Virus record (IMG/VR): IMGVR_UViG_3300027977_000008
Coordinates: 64,001 to 128,000 of that record
Length of the DNA: 64,000 nucleotides
DNA from: a virus
Strand: one strand, 5' to 3'
This document shows, piece after piece, positions 9,882 to 19,896 of this stretch. The notes under the pieces were generated by a model, which saw only the letters and a list, made by a program, of their open reading frames with translations, did not search any database and had not been told where the DNA came from. Both the position numbers and the translations under genes were made by a program. Numbering within the stretch: the stretch's first letter is position 1; every line of letters starts with the position of its first letter.

Positions 9882-10180
9882 ACCAACTTATAGATGAACT
9901 AATTACTTCATATAAATCTTTAAGAAGACGGAAGCAAATTATGAAGCGTGAAATTGAAGATTTTATGCGATTTTATTTAGCGTCTATTGAAAACTACAAA
10001 GAAAACAAAACTAAATATTTACAACATAAAACGCTAGGACTAGCGTTTATTGAGAAGAATAAAACTCAAATCTATCAAAAAATTAGTGAAGCAGTTCAAC
10101 CAATTCATTCTAGAAGCACGAAACACCCAAGCATCGCAGCAAGCAAAGCGTTTGGGGTTGGTAGGAAACGGGCACGGTGA
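9878..10180 (+). CDS. Hypothetical protein
   Basis: ORF with ATGA coupling to the upstream gene; its 3' end overlaps the next gene. Confidence 0.5.
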   Translation: MNQLIDELITSYKSLRRRKQIMKREIEDFMRFYLASIENYKENKTKYLQHKTLGLAFIEKNKTQIYQKISEAVQPIHSRSTKHPSIAASKAFGVGRKRAR

Positions 10181-10976
10181 TTGGTACGATAAACAAGGAG
10201 CGTTAAAAGCTAAAACTGTAAGGGGTCAACTTAAGATGCTCACCCCAAGACAGGGTGATGATAAAGATGGAGAAAAATCTTCCCAATCGGCAGCAAATTC
10301 TGGAAGTGGCAAAGCGAATAAAACGAATGGATCTGAAACTTCTACAACTTCTACAACTACTGCACGAACAGCAGACTATGAAAAACTGCAGAAAGTAGTT
10401 CAAAATCAACAAGATAGACAAGAATTTGATGCAATGGCACGTAAGGAGCCATTAACAATTGCTTTTGATAAGTTTGACAGTGATGAAGTTACTAATAATA
10501 TCTTAGCAGCTGTAGAAGAAACTGCTCAAGGTTCTCCTTATTATATCTTCCCAAGTAGAGATGCAGATATCGCCAAACTAAAAGAAACTTTTGGTGATAT
10601 TATTATTGACGATGTTAATGCAGAAACAATTTATGATGTCCTACAGTCCATTTATGAAAGTGGATACAATGCAATCAATATTATAGTACGAAAAAGTAGA
10701 GCACAAGAGATTGCCAAACTTGCATTAGAGCAGAATGGGGAATTATATCGTTATGTGATGATGAATATTATTCCTGTAGATGAAAGATCTATTAGAGAAC
10801 AATATATTGCTGGTGATATTTTTAGAGAAGGTAAACTTGTAGAAACTAAAAAATCTTCTGGTGTTATTATAAGGCGTGGAGCAAATCATATCATTTGTCT
10901 TGATGAGAATAATAATACTTTTAGATCTTGGATTACTGAAGTAAAACTTGATTACGATACTTACTTGTTACAATAA
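10086..10976 (+). CDS. Degenerate cytidylyltransferase-like protein with capsid-targeting-like N-terminus
   Basis: GTG start, MKQFNQFILE; QAKRLGLVGNGHGDWYD; LTIAF...YYIFPSR; IREQYIAGDIF...GVIIRRGANHII...FRSWI; HIGH-like motif missing. Confidence 0.65.
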   Translation: MKQFNQFILEARNTQASQQAKRLGLVGNGHGDWYDKQGALKAKTVRGQLKMLTPRQGDDKDGEKSSQSAANSGSGKANKTNGSETSTTSTTTARTADYEKLQKVVQNQQDRQEFDAMARKEPLTIAFDKFDSDEVTNNILAAVEETAQGSPYYIFPSRDADIAKLKETFGDIIIDDVNAETIYDVLQSIYESGYNAINIIVRKSRAQEIAKLALEQNGELYRYVMMNIIPVDERSIREQYIAGDIFREGKLVETKKSSGVIIRRGANHIICLDENNNTFRSWITEVKLDYDTYLLQ

Positions 10977-11005
10977 ATAAATACAGAAAAGTATAAATTT
11001 ATCCA

Positions 11006-11890
11006 ATGAACATTTGGGAGCAGTCTTTTGAAGATCTTCGTCGTCCTCATCTTGAGGAAAAGAAAGGCGACGGAAATCTAGCAAACAATTATCCTCCTTA
11101 TGGTAAAGTTACTAGAGGAGATGTAATTGCTGGTGCAACTGGTAAGGACCAGATGGGTGGAAAAAAACTTGTTACTGCAAAACGTTACAAAGAAATGAAA
11201 AAGGAACACTCCAGTTGGAGATCCGATTTTAAAATTCTTGATGAAGAAGGATGTGAATCTGATAATTCTATAAAACCTAAAAGAGGTATTAAAAATAAAA
11301 TCACGATTAATCCAGAGTTAAAGACTGAGCAAATTACAACTGGTCCAGTAATGAAACCTGGATCTGGATTGGGTGGTGGTAAATTAGTATATCCAAAAGG
11401 TCAAGAACCAAAAACGACTGGAGCAAAACTGCCAACTCTTCAGCAAGCACATTATGAACCAGAAGGTGGAGAGATTTCTGAAAGAGAAATGACTTCTAGT
11501 GATATGCAGAAGGAAAAAAATCTAAAAAAAAGGTATGATCCTTCTGGCATGAAATCTTCTATGAAGAAGCAATATGGCACTGAGAAGGGTAAGGAAGTTT
11601 ACTTTGCTACAATTCGTAAAAAAGCGAAAGAAGCAAATACCAATATAACCAACGAAGGCGCTTTGGGTTGGGCAGCTCTTGCCGCCGGAGCTTCTGCATT
11701 ACCATATCTTGCCAAAAAGTTCATTGGACCAACAATCAATAAGGCGCTTGATAATGCATCAAGTCCAACTGGTGCTGCACAAAGGGCAGTAACAGATATC
11801 AATAAAAAAAATCAAAGTACCGTAGATGCTGTAAATCAAGTAATGCCTGGTAGTGCTTCTATTACATATCCTGGTCGGAAAAAAATCTAA
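11006..11890 (+). CDS. Putative virion (head-internal) modular protein
   Basis: Late promoter ATAAATA upstream; low-complexity K/E/G-rich modules. Confidence 0.55.
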   Translation: MNIWEQSFEDLRRPHLEEKKGDGNLANNYPPYGKVTRGDVIAGATGKDQMGGKKLVTAKRYKEMKKEHSSWRSDFKILDEEGCESDNSIKPKRGIKNKITINPELKTEQITTGPVMKPGSGLGGGKLVYPKGQEPKTTGAKLPTLQQAHYEPEGGEISEREMTSSDMQKEKNLKKRYDPSGMKSSMKKQYGTEKGKEVYFATIRKKAKEANTNITNEGALGWAALAAGASALPYLAKKFIGPTINKALDNASSPTGAAQRAVTDINKKNQSTVDAVNQVMPGSASITYPGRKKI

Positions 11891-11962
11891 AAAATGATCC
11901 CAGGTATGGATCTGTAAAAGATAAATAATTTAGAATTATATTTCAAACTATAAGAGGGTATC

Positions 11963-12136
11963 ATGAACGTAATAGTTGCAGTGGTAAAACCACTACTAAT
12001 CACAATCGCAACACATCCTGCTGTAAAGCAGTTGGTTGTTGATCTTCTAACCAAGTATGTAAGAACAACCGACAACTCGATTGACGATTTTGTTCTTACA
12101 TTAGTTAAAGAGAAACTATTCTCACCACAAGCATGA
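11963..12136 (+). CDS. Small hypothetical protein (57 aa, not in ORF track)
   Basis: SD GAGGG; MNVIVAVVKPLL...VKQLVVDLLTKYVRTTDNSIDD...; late promoter upstream. Confidence 0.7.
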   Translation: MNVIVAVVKPLLITIATHPAVKQLVVDLLTKYVRTTDNSIDDFVLTLVKEKLFSPQA

Positions 12137-12288
12137 TTACTTGCCTAGTTACAAACTGGGGATTTACGATCATATTTGGTCTATTGTTGTCATTTTCTGA
12201 ATGGTTAGCAAAAACAAAGCGGTTTAAAGAAAATGGAATAATAGATTTTATTTCACATTACTTAAAAATTATATTAAAAAGTAAATAA
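12133..12288 (+). CDS. Small membrane protein, possibly holin-like (51 aa, not in ORF track)
   Basis: ATGA overlap; MITCLVTNWGFTIIFGLLLSFSEWLAKTKRFKENGIIDFI..., one hydrophobic segment. Confidence 0.55.
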   Translation: MITCLVTNWGFTIIFGLLLSFSEWLAKTKRFKENGIIDFISHYLKIILKSK

Positions 12289-12306
12289 ATAAACAAACCA
12301 ACTTTG

Positions 12307-12338
12307 CCACAACTTCGGTTGTGGTATTTTTATAAATA
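12307..12338 (+). terminator. UUCG terminator followed by late promoter TATAAATA
   Basis: GCCACAAC-TTCG-GTTGTGGT-ATTTT then TATAAATA at 12331-12338. Confidence 0.8.
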
Positions 12339-12369
12339 TTTCAAGCAAAACCGATAGGGAAAACAGAAG

Positions 12370-13218
12370 ATGGCAATTTGGGGAATTTCAACTCAAGGTG
12401 AATATGCTGCTAATTATTATAATGTTCCTAAGCATCTAATTGATGTGGATAGAAATAGAACACCTCATAATTGTTTTGCAGATGAAAGAGGATGGGTATA
12501 TAGACATTATGGTGATAAAATATATTCTGGACTTTCTACTTCATATTATGATGAAGTTTTAGTTCATGTTTCGGGACTTTGCACTACAAGAAATCCAAAC
12601 GGAAGCAGAATTACTGGACTAGGTGCTGCTACACCGGTTGCTGTCTTCTTTGAAGATCCAAACGTTGCATCACCAATCAGCATCGGTGCTGGTGGCACTG
12701 ATAGAATTGTTAGAGCTGGTGGAGCATCAACTACAGGAATTAGTACTGGATTTGTCCATGTTGTTTGGAATGAACCAGTATTCTGTTCTGCTGGTGCTAC
12801 TGTAAACATTAGAGCAACAACTGGTGCAGGAACTTCGTTTGCTGTTGGTACTGCTGTATCGATGACACCAAACGTTGAAATTCCAGTTTATTTCGGAACT
12901 CGTACATCAGGTTCTGATACTGGTTATGGTTATACCATGATGAAGAACTTCAATGGTCAAATTGGTAATATAATTGCTTTCAGATTTACAACCAATCTAG
13001 GTATTGGAACTATTTTAAACATCCATGTTGCAGGTAACGTGGTAGGAACAATCACAGACTTCCAAAACACAACTGCAGAAAAAACTTTCACTTCTAACAT
13101 GATTAGAAATGTTGGCGGTGCAGGAACATTCTTTGGCGGTGGTATTGCTGGAGTTAGCACATATCCTAATGCTGTAAGAGGCGTAGGCATCGGAACAACC
13201 ACACTAACACTTAAATAA
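12370..13218 (+). CDS. Putative virion structural protein
   Basis: Late promoter; MAIWG...FADERGWVYRH; G/T-rich beta-strand C-terminus. Confidence 0.6.
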   Translation: MAIWGISTQGEYAANYYNVPKHLIDVDRNRTPHNCFADERGWVYRHYGDKIYSGLSTSYYDEVLVHVSGLCTTRNPNGSRITGLGAATPVAVFFEDPNVASPISIGAGGTDRIVRAGGASTTGISTGFVHVVWNEPVFCSAGATVNIRATTGAGTSFAVGTAVSMTPNVEIPVYFGTRTSGSDTGYGYTMMKNFNGQIGNIIAFRFTTNLGIGTILNIHVAGNVVGTITDFQNTTAEKTFTSNMIRNVGGAGTFFGGGIAGVSTYPNAVRGVGIGTTTLTLK

Positions 13219-13224
13219 TTTTAG

Positions 13225-13596
13225 ATGATATTTGATGAATTGAATGAAGATAACCATCTTCTATTCGCCATAAAGCATTATGAAAACCCTCATACTTCCA
13301 CTATGGAAGAGTTTGAAGAGGATTTGAAACGCTTCAAATATATCAAGAGATTGCTAAAGAAATATCTTGAGCAGAATGAACTGAGGCACCATTTGATTTT
13401 AAACCACTTGATAATTTGCTTCAATGTTTTTGGTGAAGCAACGGTTCCTCTTTTGTTTTTTAAAATTGAAAAGGAATACTGGTCTATTATAAAAACATTT
13501 TTAATTTTTTTAAATAAAATCCCAGATTACCCTAAATCAGGATTAGATGATATTTTAATTCATGATGAATGTCACAGAATACTTAGTTCAATCTAA
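13225..13596 (+). CDS. Conserved T4-like phage hypothetical protein
   Basis: FDELNEDNHLLFAIKHYENP...EFEEDLKRFKYIKRLL...LILNHLIICFNVFG. Confidence 0.75.
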   Translation: MIFDELNEDNHLLFAIKHYENPHTSTMEEFEEDLKRFKYIKRLLKKYLEQNELRHHLILNHLIICFNVFGEATVPLLFFKIEKEYWSIIKTFLIFLNKIPDYPKSGLDDILIHDECHRILSSI

Positions 13597-13826
13597 TGGA
13601 TTTTTCTAAATTGAACCGTATCATAAATATTATTAGAGAAGATATTATGTCTACCGATCCTGGTGGCACTAGCAAACCAGGATTTAGTTCATCTGCGGAA
13701 AAACCTGTTGCAGGTTTCGATCCTGTTATGGATTTGCGACGTAAGTATGGTAAAAAATTGAATCTTTTTTATCGCAAACGTCTAGGAGAACTAAGAGATG
13801 TTAACAAACAACGACACAAAAACTAG
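13596..13826 (+). CDS. Hypothetical protein
   Basis: Coupled ORF with GFSSSA..PVAGFDPVM motif. Confidence 0.6.
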   Translation: MDFSKLNRIINIIREDIMSTDPGGTSKPGFSSSAEKPVAGFDPVMDLRRKYGKKLNLFYRKRLGELRDVNKQRHKN

Positions 13827-14238
13827 AATAGCTGTCTTGGAACAAAAAAGTATAACCCAAGAAAGATTGATTGAAAAAGTTGAAGATGCCATCCAAGTAA
13901 TGAAGGATGTTGTTGAAAACGTTTCAAAAATGCTTGCCGTTCATGATGAAAGAATAGAGCAGGCATCAAAGAGTGATAGTATTATTATTTCTATGCTAAA
14001 AGAAATGAAGCATGATCTTGACGCAGAAGATATTGATCTAAGTGCTAGAATTGATGAGATTAGTATAAAGGTTGAAGAGATCAAAAAAATTAAATGGATG
14101 ACCATTGGTATCGGAGTTTTTGGTGCTGTATTGGTTGGAGCAATTTCAACTGTTGCTTCTGGGTGGTTGACACCAGGCGAATTGGAGTATAGAATGGAAC
14201 CTAGGTATGTTCCAAATCCTGAAAACATTAAAAAATGA
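13798..14238 (+). CDS. Coiled-coil protein with C-terminal transmembrane helix
   Basis: IAVLEQK...VSKMLAVHDERIEQ...KWMTIGIGVFGAVLVG. Confidence 0.65.
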   Translation: MLTNNDTKTRIAVLEQKSITQERLIEKVEDAIQVMKDVVENVSKMLAVHDERIEQASKSDSIIISMLKEMKHDLDAEDIDLSARIDEISIKVEEIKKIKWMTIGIGVFGAVLVGAISTVASGWLTPGELEYRMEPRYVPNPENIKK

Positions 14239-15254
14239 GTTATGTTGATGTCAAGTACATCTGTTTGATTTCTTCAAGATTACAAAAATTTACTAAGAAA
14301 AAGGAAAATTTATACAACTTTAGATGTCCTTATTGTGGAGATTCTCAAAGGAATACAAATAAGACAAGGGGGTATTTCTATCAGTGTAAATCGGATTACA
14401 ACTTTAAGTGTCATAATTGTGGAGTTTCAAAATCTTTTACATATTTTCTAAAAGATATTGATCAGTCTTTATACGACCAATATCTTTTAGAAAGATATAA
14501 AGAAGGATTAACTGGCAGATCCACTAACACACCAGAACCAAAGTTTGAGTTTAAACAACCAGTCTTTATAAAGAAGACAAAAGTAAATCTACCACAAGCA
14601 TCCGAAAATCCAAGATCAAGTGATTACCTAAAAAAAAGAAAAATCAATCCTACAAAATTTTTCTACGCAGAAAAATTTAAAGAGTTTACAAATAAACTCA
14701 AACACACATTTAATGATATTCGTAATGATCATGCGAGAATTATCATTCCCCTTTATAATGAAGAAAAGCAACTTATAGGTTTTCAGGGTAGAAGTCTTGA
14801 TCCTTGGGCACAACCCAAATATCTTACTGTTATGCTTGATGAAGATGCTCCCAAAGCTTATGGACTTGATACTGTAAATAAAGATGAGACAGTTTATATT
14901 ACGGAAGGTCCATTTGACAGCACGTTTATCGAAAATTCAATTGCAATGTGTGGAGCTGATGCTAATCCTGTATTGTGGGGTATCAGTGATTGTGTTTACA
15001 TATATGATAACGAACCACGCAATACAGAAATTGTATCAAGAATTTCCCACACTATTGAAACTGGACAAAAGATTGTTATTTGGCCATCATCAATAAGTGA
15101 AAAGGACATAAACGATATGGTTCTGTCTGGACATAATATTCAAGACGTGGTAAAATTAAATACTTACTCAGGTCTAGAAGCAAAACTAAAATTCACTAAC
15201 TGGAAGAAGAATGAGCAACGGAATAACAGTCAAAAAACGAGACGGTTCTATTGA
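14235..15254 (+). CDS. gp61: DNA primase gp61
   Basis: NFRCPYCGDS...FKCHNCG zinc finger; TOPRIM EGPFDS and YDNEPRN. Confidence 0.95.
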   Translation: MSYVDVKYICLISSRLQKFTKKKENLYNFRCPYCGDSQRNTNKTRGYFYQCKSDYNFKCHNCGVSKSFTYFLKDIDQSLYDQYLLERYKEGLTGRSTNTPEPKFEFKQPVFIKKTKVNLPQASENPRSSDYLKKRKINPTKFFYAEKFKEFTNKLKHTFNDIRNDHARIIIPLYNEEKQLIGFQGRSLDPWAQPKYLTVMLDEDAPKAYGLDTVNKDETVYITEGPFDSTFIENSIAMCGADANPVLWGISDCVYIYDNEPRNTEIVSRISHTIETGQKIVIWPSSISEKDINDMVLSGHNIQDVVKLNTYSGLEAKLKFTNWKKNEQRNNSQKTRRFY

Positions 15255-17502
15255 AGGTCTGAACCTCGATAAACTACATGTGATGGTAGAAGAAGCCTGC
15301 AAAGACATTGCAGGTGTTTCTGCATCGCAAGTAGAAATTAATTCCGGTATTCAGTTCTACGATGGCATTACTACGGGAGAAGTTCAAGAAATCTTGATTC
15401 GTAGTGCTTCAGATTTGATTGATTTGGAAACTCCAAACTATCAATTTGTAGCAGCAAGATTGCTTCTATTTGCGATTAGAAAGCAGTTTTGTGGAAGAAT
15501 AAAGGAAATTATTTCTTTAAAAGATCATATCCACAAATGTGTTGCTTCTGGCGTATATGATAAAGAAATTCTTTCTAAATATACCAAAGCAGAAATAGAT
15601 AAGATTGATACTTTTATCAATCATGATCGTGATTATTTGTTTACATATGCTGGACTACGACAGGTTGTTGATAAGTATCTTGTACAGGATAGAAATTCTG
15701 GTAAGATTTTTGAACTACCACAGTTCATGTATATGTTAATTTCAATGACGATCTTTGCAGAATATCCTTATGAAACAAGATTGTCATATGTCAAACGATA
15801 CTACGACGCAATCAGCAAACACAGAATCAACATTCCTACCCCCATTATGGCAGGAGTTAGGACGCCACTTAGACAATTCGCTAGCTGTGTTCTTATTGAT
15901 GTTGATGACACCCTCAATAGCATCTTTAGCAGTGATATGGCTATTGGGAGATATGTTTCTCAAAGAGCGGGTATCGGTATCAACGCAGGTCGCATCCGTG
16001 GCATCAACAGTAAGATCCGAGGCGGAGAAGTTCAGCATACTGGCGTTGTTCCGTTTCTCAAAAAGTTTGAGTCAACTGTGCGATGCTGTACGCAAAACGG
16101 CATACGAGGCGGAAGCGCGACAGTCCACTTCCCAATTTGGCACCAAGAAATCCAAGACATCTTAGTATTAAAAAATAACAAGGGAACTGAAGACAATCGT
16201 GTCCGTAAACTAGATTATAGTATTCAACTTAGTAAACTTTTTTATGAAAGATTTATTCAAGATGGTGAGATCACGCTTTTCTCCCCACACAATGTTCCTG
16301 GTTTGTATGATGCTTTCGGAACAGACAAGTTTGACGAGTTATATGTCCAATACGAGAACAATTCGTATATTCCGTCGAAAACTGTTAAGGCACAGGAACT
16401 CATTCTTAGTCTCCTGAAAGAACGTGCTGAGACAGGTCGTATCTATATCATGAATATTGATCATTGCAATTCACATTCTTCTTTTAAGGATAAAATTGAG
16501 ATGAGTAATTTGTGTCAAGAAATTACTCTTCCTACTAAACCACTTCAACACATTGATGGTGAAGGTGAAATTGCACTTTGTATTCTTTCTGCAATTAATG
16601 TTGGTAAAATAAAATCCGATGAAGAGTTAGAAAATCTTTGTGACTTGTCTGTACGTGCTCTTGAAGAATTAATTGATTATCAACAGTATCCAATTATTGC
16701 TGCTGAAAAAGGAACCAAAGCACGTAGATCTCTTGGTATTGGATTTATTGGTCTAGCACATTATTTGGCTAAACTTGGATACAAGTATGACAGTCAAGAA
16801 GCATGGAATGCTATTCATGGACTTTCCGAAAGTTTCCAATACTTTTTATTGAAATCTTCTAATCAATTATCAAAAGAAAAGGGTCCATGTTCGCTATTCA
16901 CAAATACCAAATATGCTGATGGAATGTTACCAATTGATACATATAAAAAAAATGTAGATGAAATTGCTTGTATTCCTTACAACCATGATTGGGAATCTCT
17001 TAGGGCATCTATTTTGGAACACGGTCTCCGGCACTCAACATTGTCGGCACAAATGCCTTCGGAGAGCAGTTCCGTTGTGTCAAATGCAACAAATGGAATT
17101 GAACCACCTAGAGGATTCTTGTCCATTAAGAAATCCAAGAAAGGTCCACTTAAGCAAATTGTTCCACAGTATCAAACTCTTAAAAACAACTATACGCTTC
17201 TTTGGGATATGCCTAGCAATCGTGGTTATATCAATACTGTTGCTGTTATGCAAAAATTCTTTGATCAGGCAATCTCGGGTAACTGGTCATATAATCCAGA
17301 GCATTATGCCGATAATGAAGTACCTGTGTCGGTAATGGCACAAGATTTTCTGACTACATACAAATATGGTTGGAAAACTAGTTACTATCAAAATACTTAT
17401 GATAGTAAAGGTGATGAAATGGATAATAAATCTGATATCAATTCACTAATATTTGAACTTTTAAATGAAAATGAAGAAGACTGCGAAACGTGTAAAATCT
17501 AA
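15211..17502 (+). CDS. nrdA: Class Ia ribonucleotide reductase alpha subunit
   Basis: ATP cone VKKRDG; RQFASCVLI; SNLCQEI; MPSESSS; KTSYY; C-terminal CETCKI. Confidence 0.97.
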   Translation: MSNGITVKKRDGSIEGLNLDKLHVMVEEACKDIAGVSASQVEINSGIQFYDGITTGEVQEILIRSASDLIDLETPNYQFVAARLLLFAIRKQFCGRIKEIISLKDHIHKCVASGVYDKEILSKYTKAEIDKIDTFINHDRDYLFTYAGLRQVVDKYLVQDRNSGKIFELPQFMYMLISMTIFAEYPYETRLSYVKRYYDAISKHRINIPTPIMAGVRTPLRQFASCVLIDVDDTLNSIFSSDMAIGRYVSQRAGIGINAGRIRGINSKIRGGEVQHTGVVPFLKKFESTVRCCTQNGIRGGSATVHFPIWHQEIQDILVLKNNKGTEDNRVRKLDYSIQLSKLFYERFIQDGEITLFSPHNVPGLYDAFGTDKFDELYVQYENNSYIPSKTVKAQELILSLLKERAETGRIYIMNIDHCNSHSSFKDKIEMSNLCQEITLPTKPLQHIDGEGEIALCILSAINVGKIKSDEELENLCDLSVRALEELIDYQQYPIIAAEKGTKARRSLGIGFIGLAHYLAKLGYKYDSQEAWNAIHGLSESFQYFLLKSSNQLSKEKGPCSLFTNTKYADGMLPIDTYKKNVDEIACIPYNHDWESLRASILEHGLRHSTLSAQMPSESSSVVSNATNGIEPPRGFLSIKKSKKGPLKQIVPQYQTLKNNYTLLWDMPSNRGYINTVAVMQKFFDQAISGNWSYNPEHYADNEVPVSVMAQDFLTTYKYGWKTSYYQNTYDSKGDEMDNKSDINSLIFELLNENEEDCETCKI

Positions 17503-18682
17503 TAACTTTAGAATTAACCCACCGCAAACGAAAAAAATGGCCATCAACGGAATGACCGTTTTTAATGATGCTCAAGTTGACATAAAAAAGGAACCAATGT
17601 TCTTTGGACAACCATTAGGTATTCAAAGATATGATACTTATAAGTATCCAGTATTTGAAAAACTAACTAATCAACAACTTAGTTATTTTTGGCGTCCAGA
17701 AGAAATATCCTTACAAAAAGATCGTAGTGACTACCAGACACTACGACAAGAACAAAAACATATTTTTACTTCCAATTTAAAGTATCAAGTTCTTCTTGAT
17801 AGTATTCAAGGTCGTGGACCTAGTATGGCATTTGCTCCATACTGTTCACTACCAGAACTGGAAGGTGCTATGAAAGTATGGGAGTTTATGGAGATGATCC
17901 ATAGTCGTTCTTATACTTACATCATAAAAAATATATATGCAAATCCTTCTGAAGTTTTTGACACAATTTTAAATGATCAAAAGATCTTAGATCGTGCTAG
18001 GTCTGTAACTGAAGCGTATGATGATTTCATCAATGCTGCTCATGCATATGATAGTAGTAATCAATGGAAGTTTGTAAATGAAGGAGTTCCTTCTGCTACG
18101 GATGAATTGTATGAACTAAAGCGTAAACTTTATAGAGCAGTTGCTAACGTTAACATTCTTGAGGGTATTCGTTTTTATGTTTCTTTTGCATGTTCTTTTG
18201 CTTTTGGTGAACTGAAAGTAATGGAAGGATCTGCAAAGATAATCTCACTTATTGCTCGTGACGAAAATCAACATCTTGTTCTTACTCAGAATATTTTGAA
18301 CAAGTGGAAAGAAGGTGATGATCCTGATATGGAAAGGATTGTTGAAGAGGAAGAAGAAAATATTGTTGCAATGTTTAGGAAAGCAGTTGATCAAGAAAAA
18401 GAATGGGCAGAATATTTGTTCCAGGATGGATCAATGATTGGATTGAATCAAAAACTTCTCAGTTCTTATGTTGAATGGATTGCCAATCGTCGTATGAAAG
18501 CGATTGGATTGAAATCAATTTATGATATTTCTTCTAAAAATAATCCACTTCCTTGGACTGAACATTGGATCTCTTCTAAAGGTCTTCAAGTTGCTCCACA
18601 AGAAACGGAAGTTGAAAGTTATTTGGTTGGTGGCATCAAACAAGATATGAAGAACAATACCTTTGCTGGATTTCAGTTGTAA
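17465..18682 (+). CDS. nrdB: Ribonucleotide reductase beta subunit (true start may be ATG 17537)
   Basis: FWRPEEI; LDSIQGR; EMIHSRSY; LEGIRFYVSFACSF; IARDENQH; VAPQETEVESY. Confidence 0.96.
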   Translation: MKMKKTAKRVKSNNFRINPPQTKKMAINGMTVFNDAQVDIKKEPMFFGQPLGIQRYDTYKYPVFEKLTNQQLSYFWRPEEISLQKDRSDYQTLRQEQKHIFTSNLKYQVLLDSIQGRGPSMAFAPYCSLPELEGAMKVWEFMEMIHSRSYTYIIKNIYANPSEVFDTILNDQKILDRARSVTEAYDDFINAAHAYDSSNQWKFVNEGVPSATDELYELKRKLYRAVANVNILEGIRFYVSFACSFAFGELKVMEGSAKIISLIARDENQHLVLTQNILNKWKEGDDPDMERIVEEEEENIVAMFRKAVDQEKEWAEYLFQDGSMIGLNQKLLSSYVEWIANRRMKAIGLKSIYDISSKNNPLPWTEHWISSKGLQVAPQETEVESYLVGGIKQDMKNNTFAGFQL

Positions 18683-18831
18683 TGGAAGAGTGGAAAGAGA
18701 AGGCACTGAAATACAAAAAACTCTTGGAGTACAACAAACGAATTCTTCGGGAGGGACCAAGAGATCTGTCGGAAGCGTGGTTTCTGGGAGCAATGAAACA
18801 AAAATACTACCAACCCCCCTGGTTTAACTGA
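18682..18831 (+). CDS. Small hypothetical protein (49 aa, not in ORF track)
   Basis: MEEWKEKALK...ILREGPRDLSEAWFLGAMKQKY; coupled to nrdB stop. Confidence 0.6.
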   Translation: MEEWKEKALKYKKLLEYNKRILREGPRDLSEAWFLGAMKQKYYQPPWFN

Positions 18832-18865
18832 ATAGATAAATACCTCCATATGGAGGTATTTTATT

Positions 18866-19204
18866 ATGAACCCAAGTTCGGCTAAAGCTAAAGGCAGAAG
18901 ATTGCAACAATGGGTTCGTGATCAATTGATTGAGCACCTTGAAGTACATCCTGAAGATATTGAAAGTCGTAGTATGGGTGCTGGTGGAGAAGATCTTATC
19001 ATGGCTCGTGCTGCCAGATCTAAGTTTCCTCATAGTATAGAATGTAAAAATGTCGAGAAGCTAAATATCTGGGATGCTTACTCTCAAGCATGTGCAAATT
19101 GTGGCGAGTATGAGCCCGTTTTGTTTATAAAAAAGAATAACAAAAACCCATTAGTGGTTGTGGATGCAGAGTATTACATAAACTTATTTGGAGATAAAAA
19201 ATGA
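18866..19204 (+). CDS. Holliday-junction-resolvase-like PD-(D/E)XK nuclease
   Basis: SAKAKGRRLQQWV...SMGAGGEDL...SIECKN. Confidence 0.7.
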   Translation: MNPSSAKAKGRRLQQWVRDQLIEHLEVHPEDIESRSMGAGGEDLIMARAARSKFPHSIECKNVEKLNIWDAYSQACANCGEYEPVLFIKKNNKNPLVVVDAEYYINLFGDKK

Positions 19205-19896
19205 AAATTGATTTACATAACTTCTTTAAGCATTACGATGAAAAAAATCCTAAGCATGTTGCTGGTGTAGAGCAACTGGAAAAGGATCTAACAGATTCTC
19301 TATTGATTGATGACACCTCAAATTGGGTTAGGATTTATAGAACTAAACCAAGCAAACCAGTAAATCCATCTATTCTTGATGTGCCTTACTATCCACAGAC
19401 AGATAACTATACAAATGCAGAACGCACTTGTAATTCCTCTGCCTGTGCGATGTGTCTTGAGTATTTCAAACCCGGAACTCTTAAAGGAGCACAAGGAGAT
19501 GATGCCTATATTAGAAAAGTATTTGCCATCGGTGATACAACTGACCATTCTGTGCAGACAAAAGTTCTCGCAAGTTATGGAATTCAGTCAAGTTTTAGTT
19601 ATAATCTTTCTTTTGCTGATCTTGATAAAAGTCTTAGTGCTGGCAAACCTGTTGTTATTGGCATCCTACATCGTGGTTCTTTGTCTTATCCTACGGGCGG
19701 CCACATGGTTGTAGTGATTGGTAAGACACAGAGTGGTGACTATGTTGTAAATGATCCTTATGGGTCACTCAATGATGGTTATACGGGTGATGTTTATAAT
19801 GGCAAAGGTGCTATCTATAAGAAATCAGATCTATCTGCTCGCTGGTGTCCTAATGGTAATGACGGATGGGGCAGAATCTTTGATGTAAAAAAGTAG
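19201..19896 (+). CDS. Peptidase C39-like endolysin (0-frame product)
   Basis: PYYPQ...RTCNSSACAM (catalytic Cys); GGHMVVVIG (His); VNDPYG (Asp). Confidence 0.85.
   Translation: MKIDLHNFFKHYDEKNPKHVAGVEQLEKDLTDSLLIDDTSNWVRIYRTKPSKPVNPSILDVPYYPQTDNYTNAERTCNSSACAMCLEYFKPGTLKGAQGDDAYIRKVFAIGDTTDHSVQTKVLASYGIQSSFSYNLSFADLDKSLSAGKPVVIGILHRGSLSYPTGGHMVVVIGKTQSGDYVVNDPYGSLNDGYTGDVYNGKGAIYKKSDLSARWCPNGNDGWGRIFDVKK

Noticed and set aside
3049-18682. Introns or inteins in gp43, gp41, nrdA, nrdB (also thyX, psbA, psbD)
   Set aside because: All are continuous ORFs of normal length without splicing motifs.
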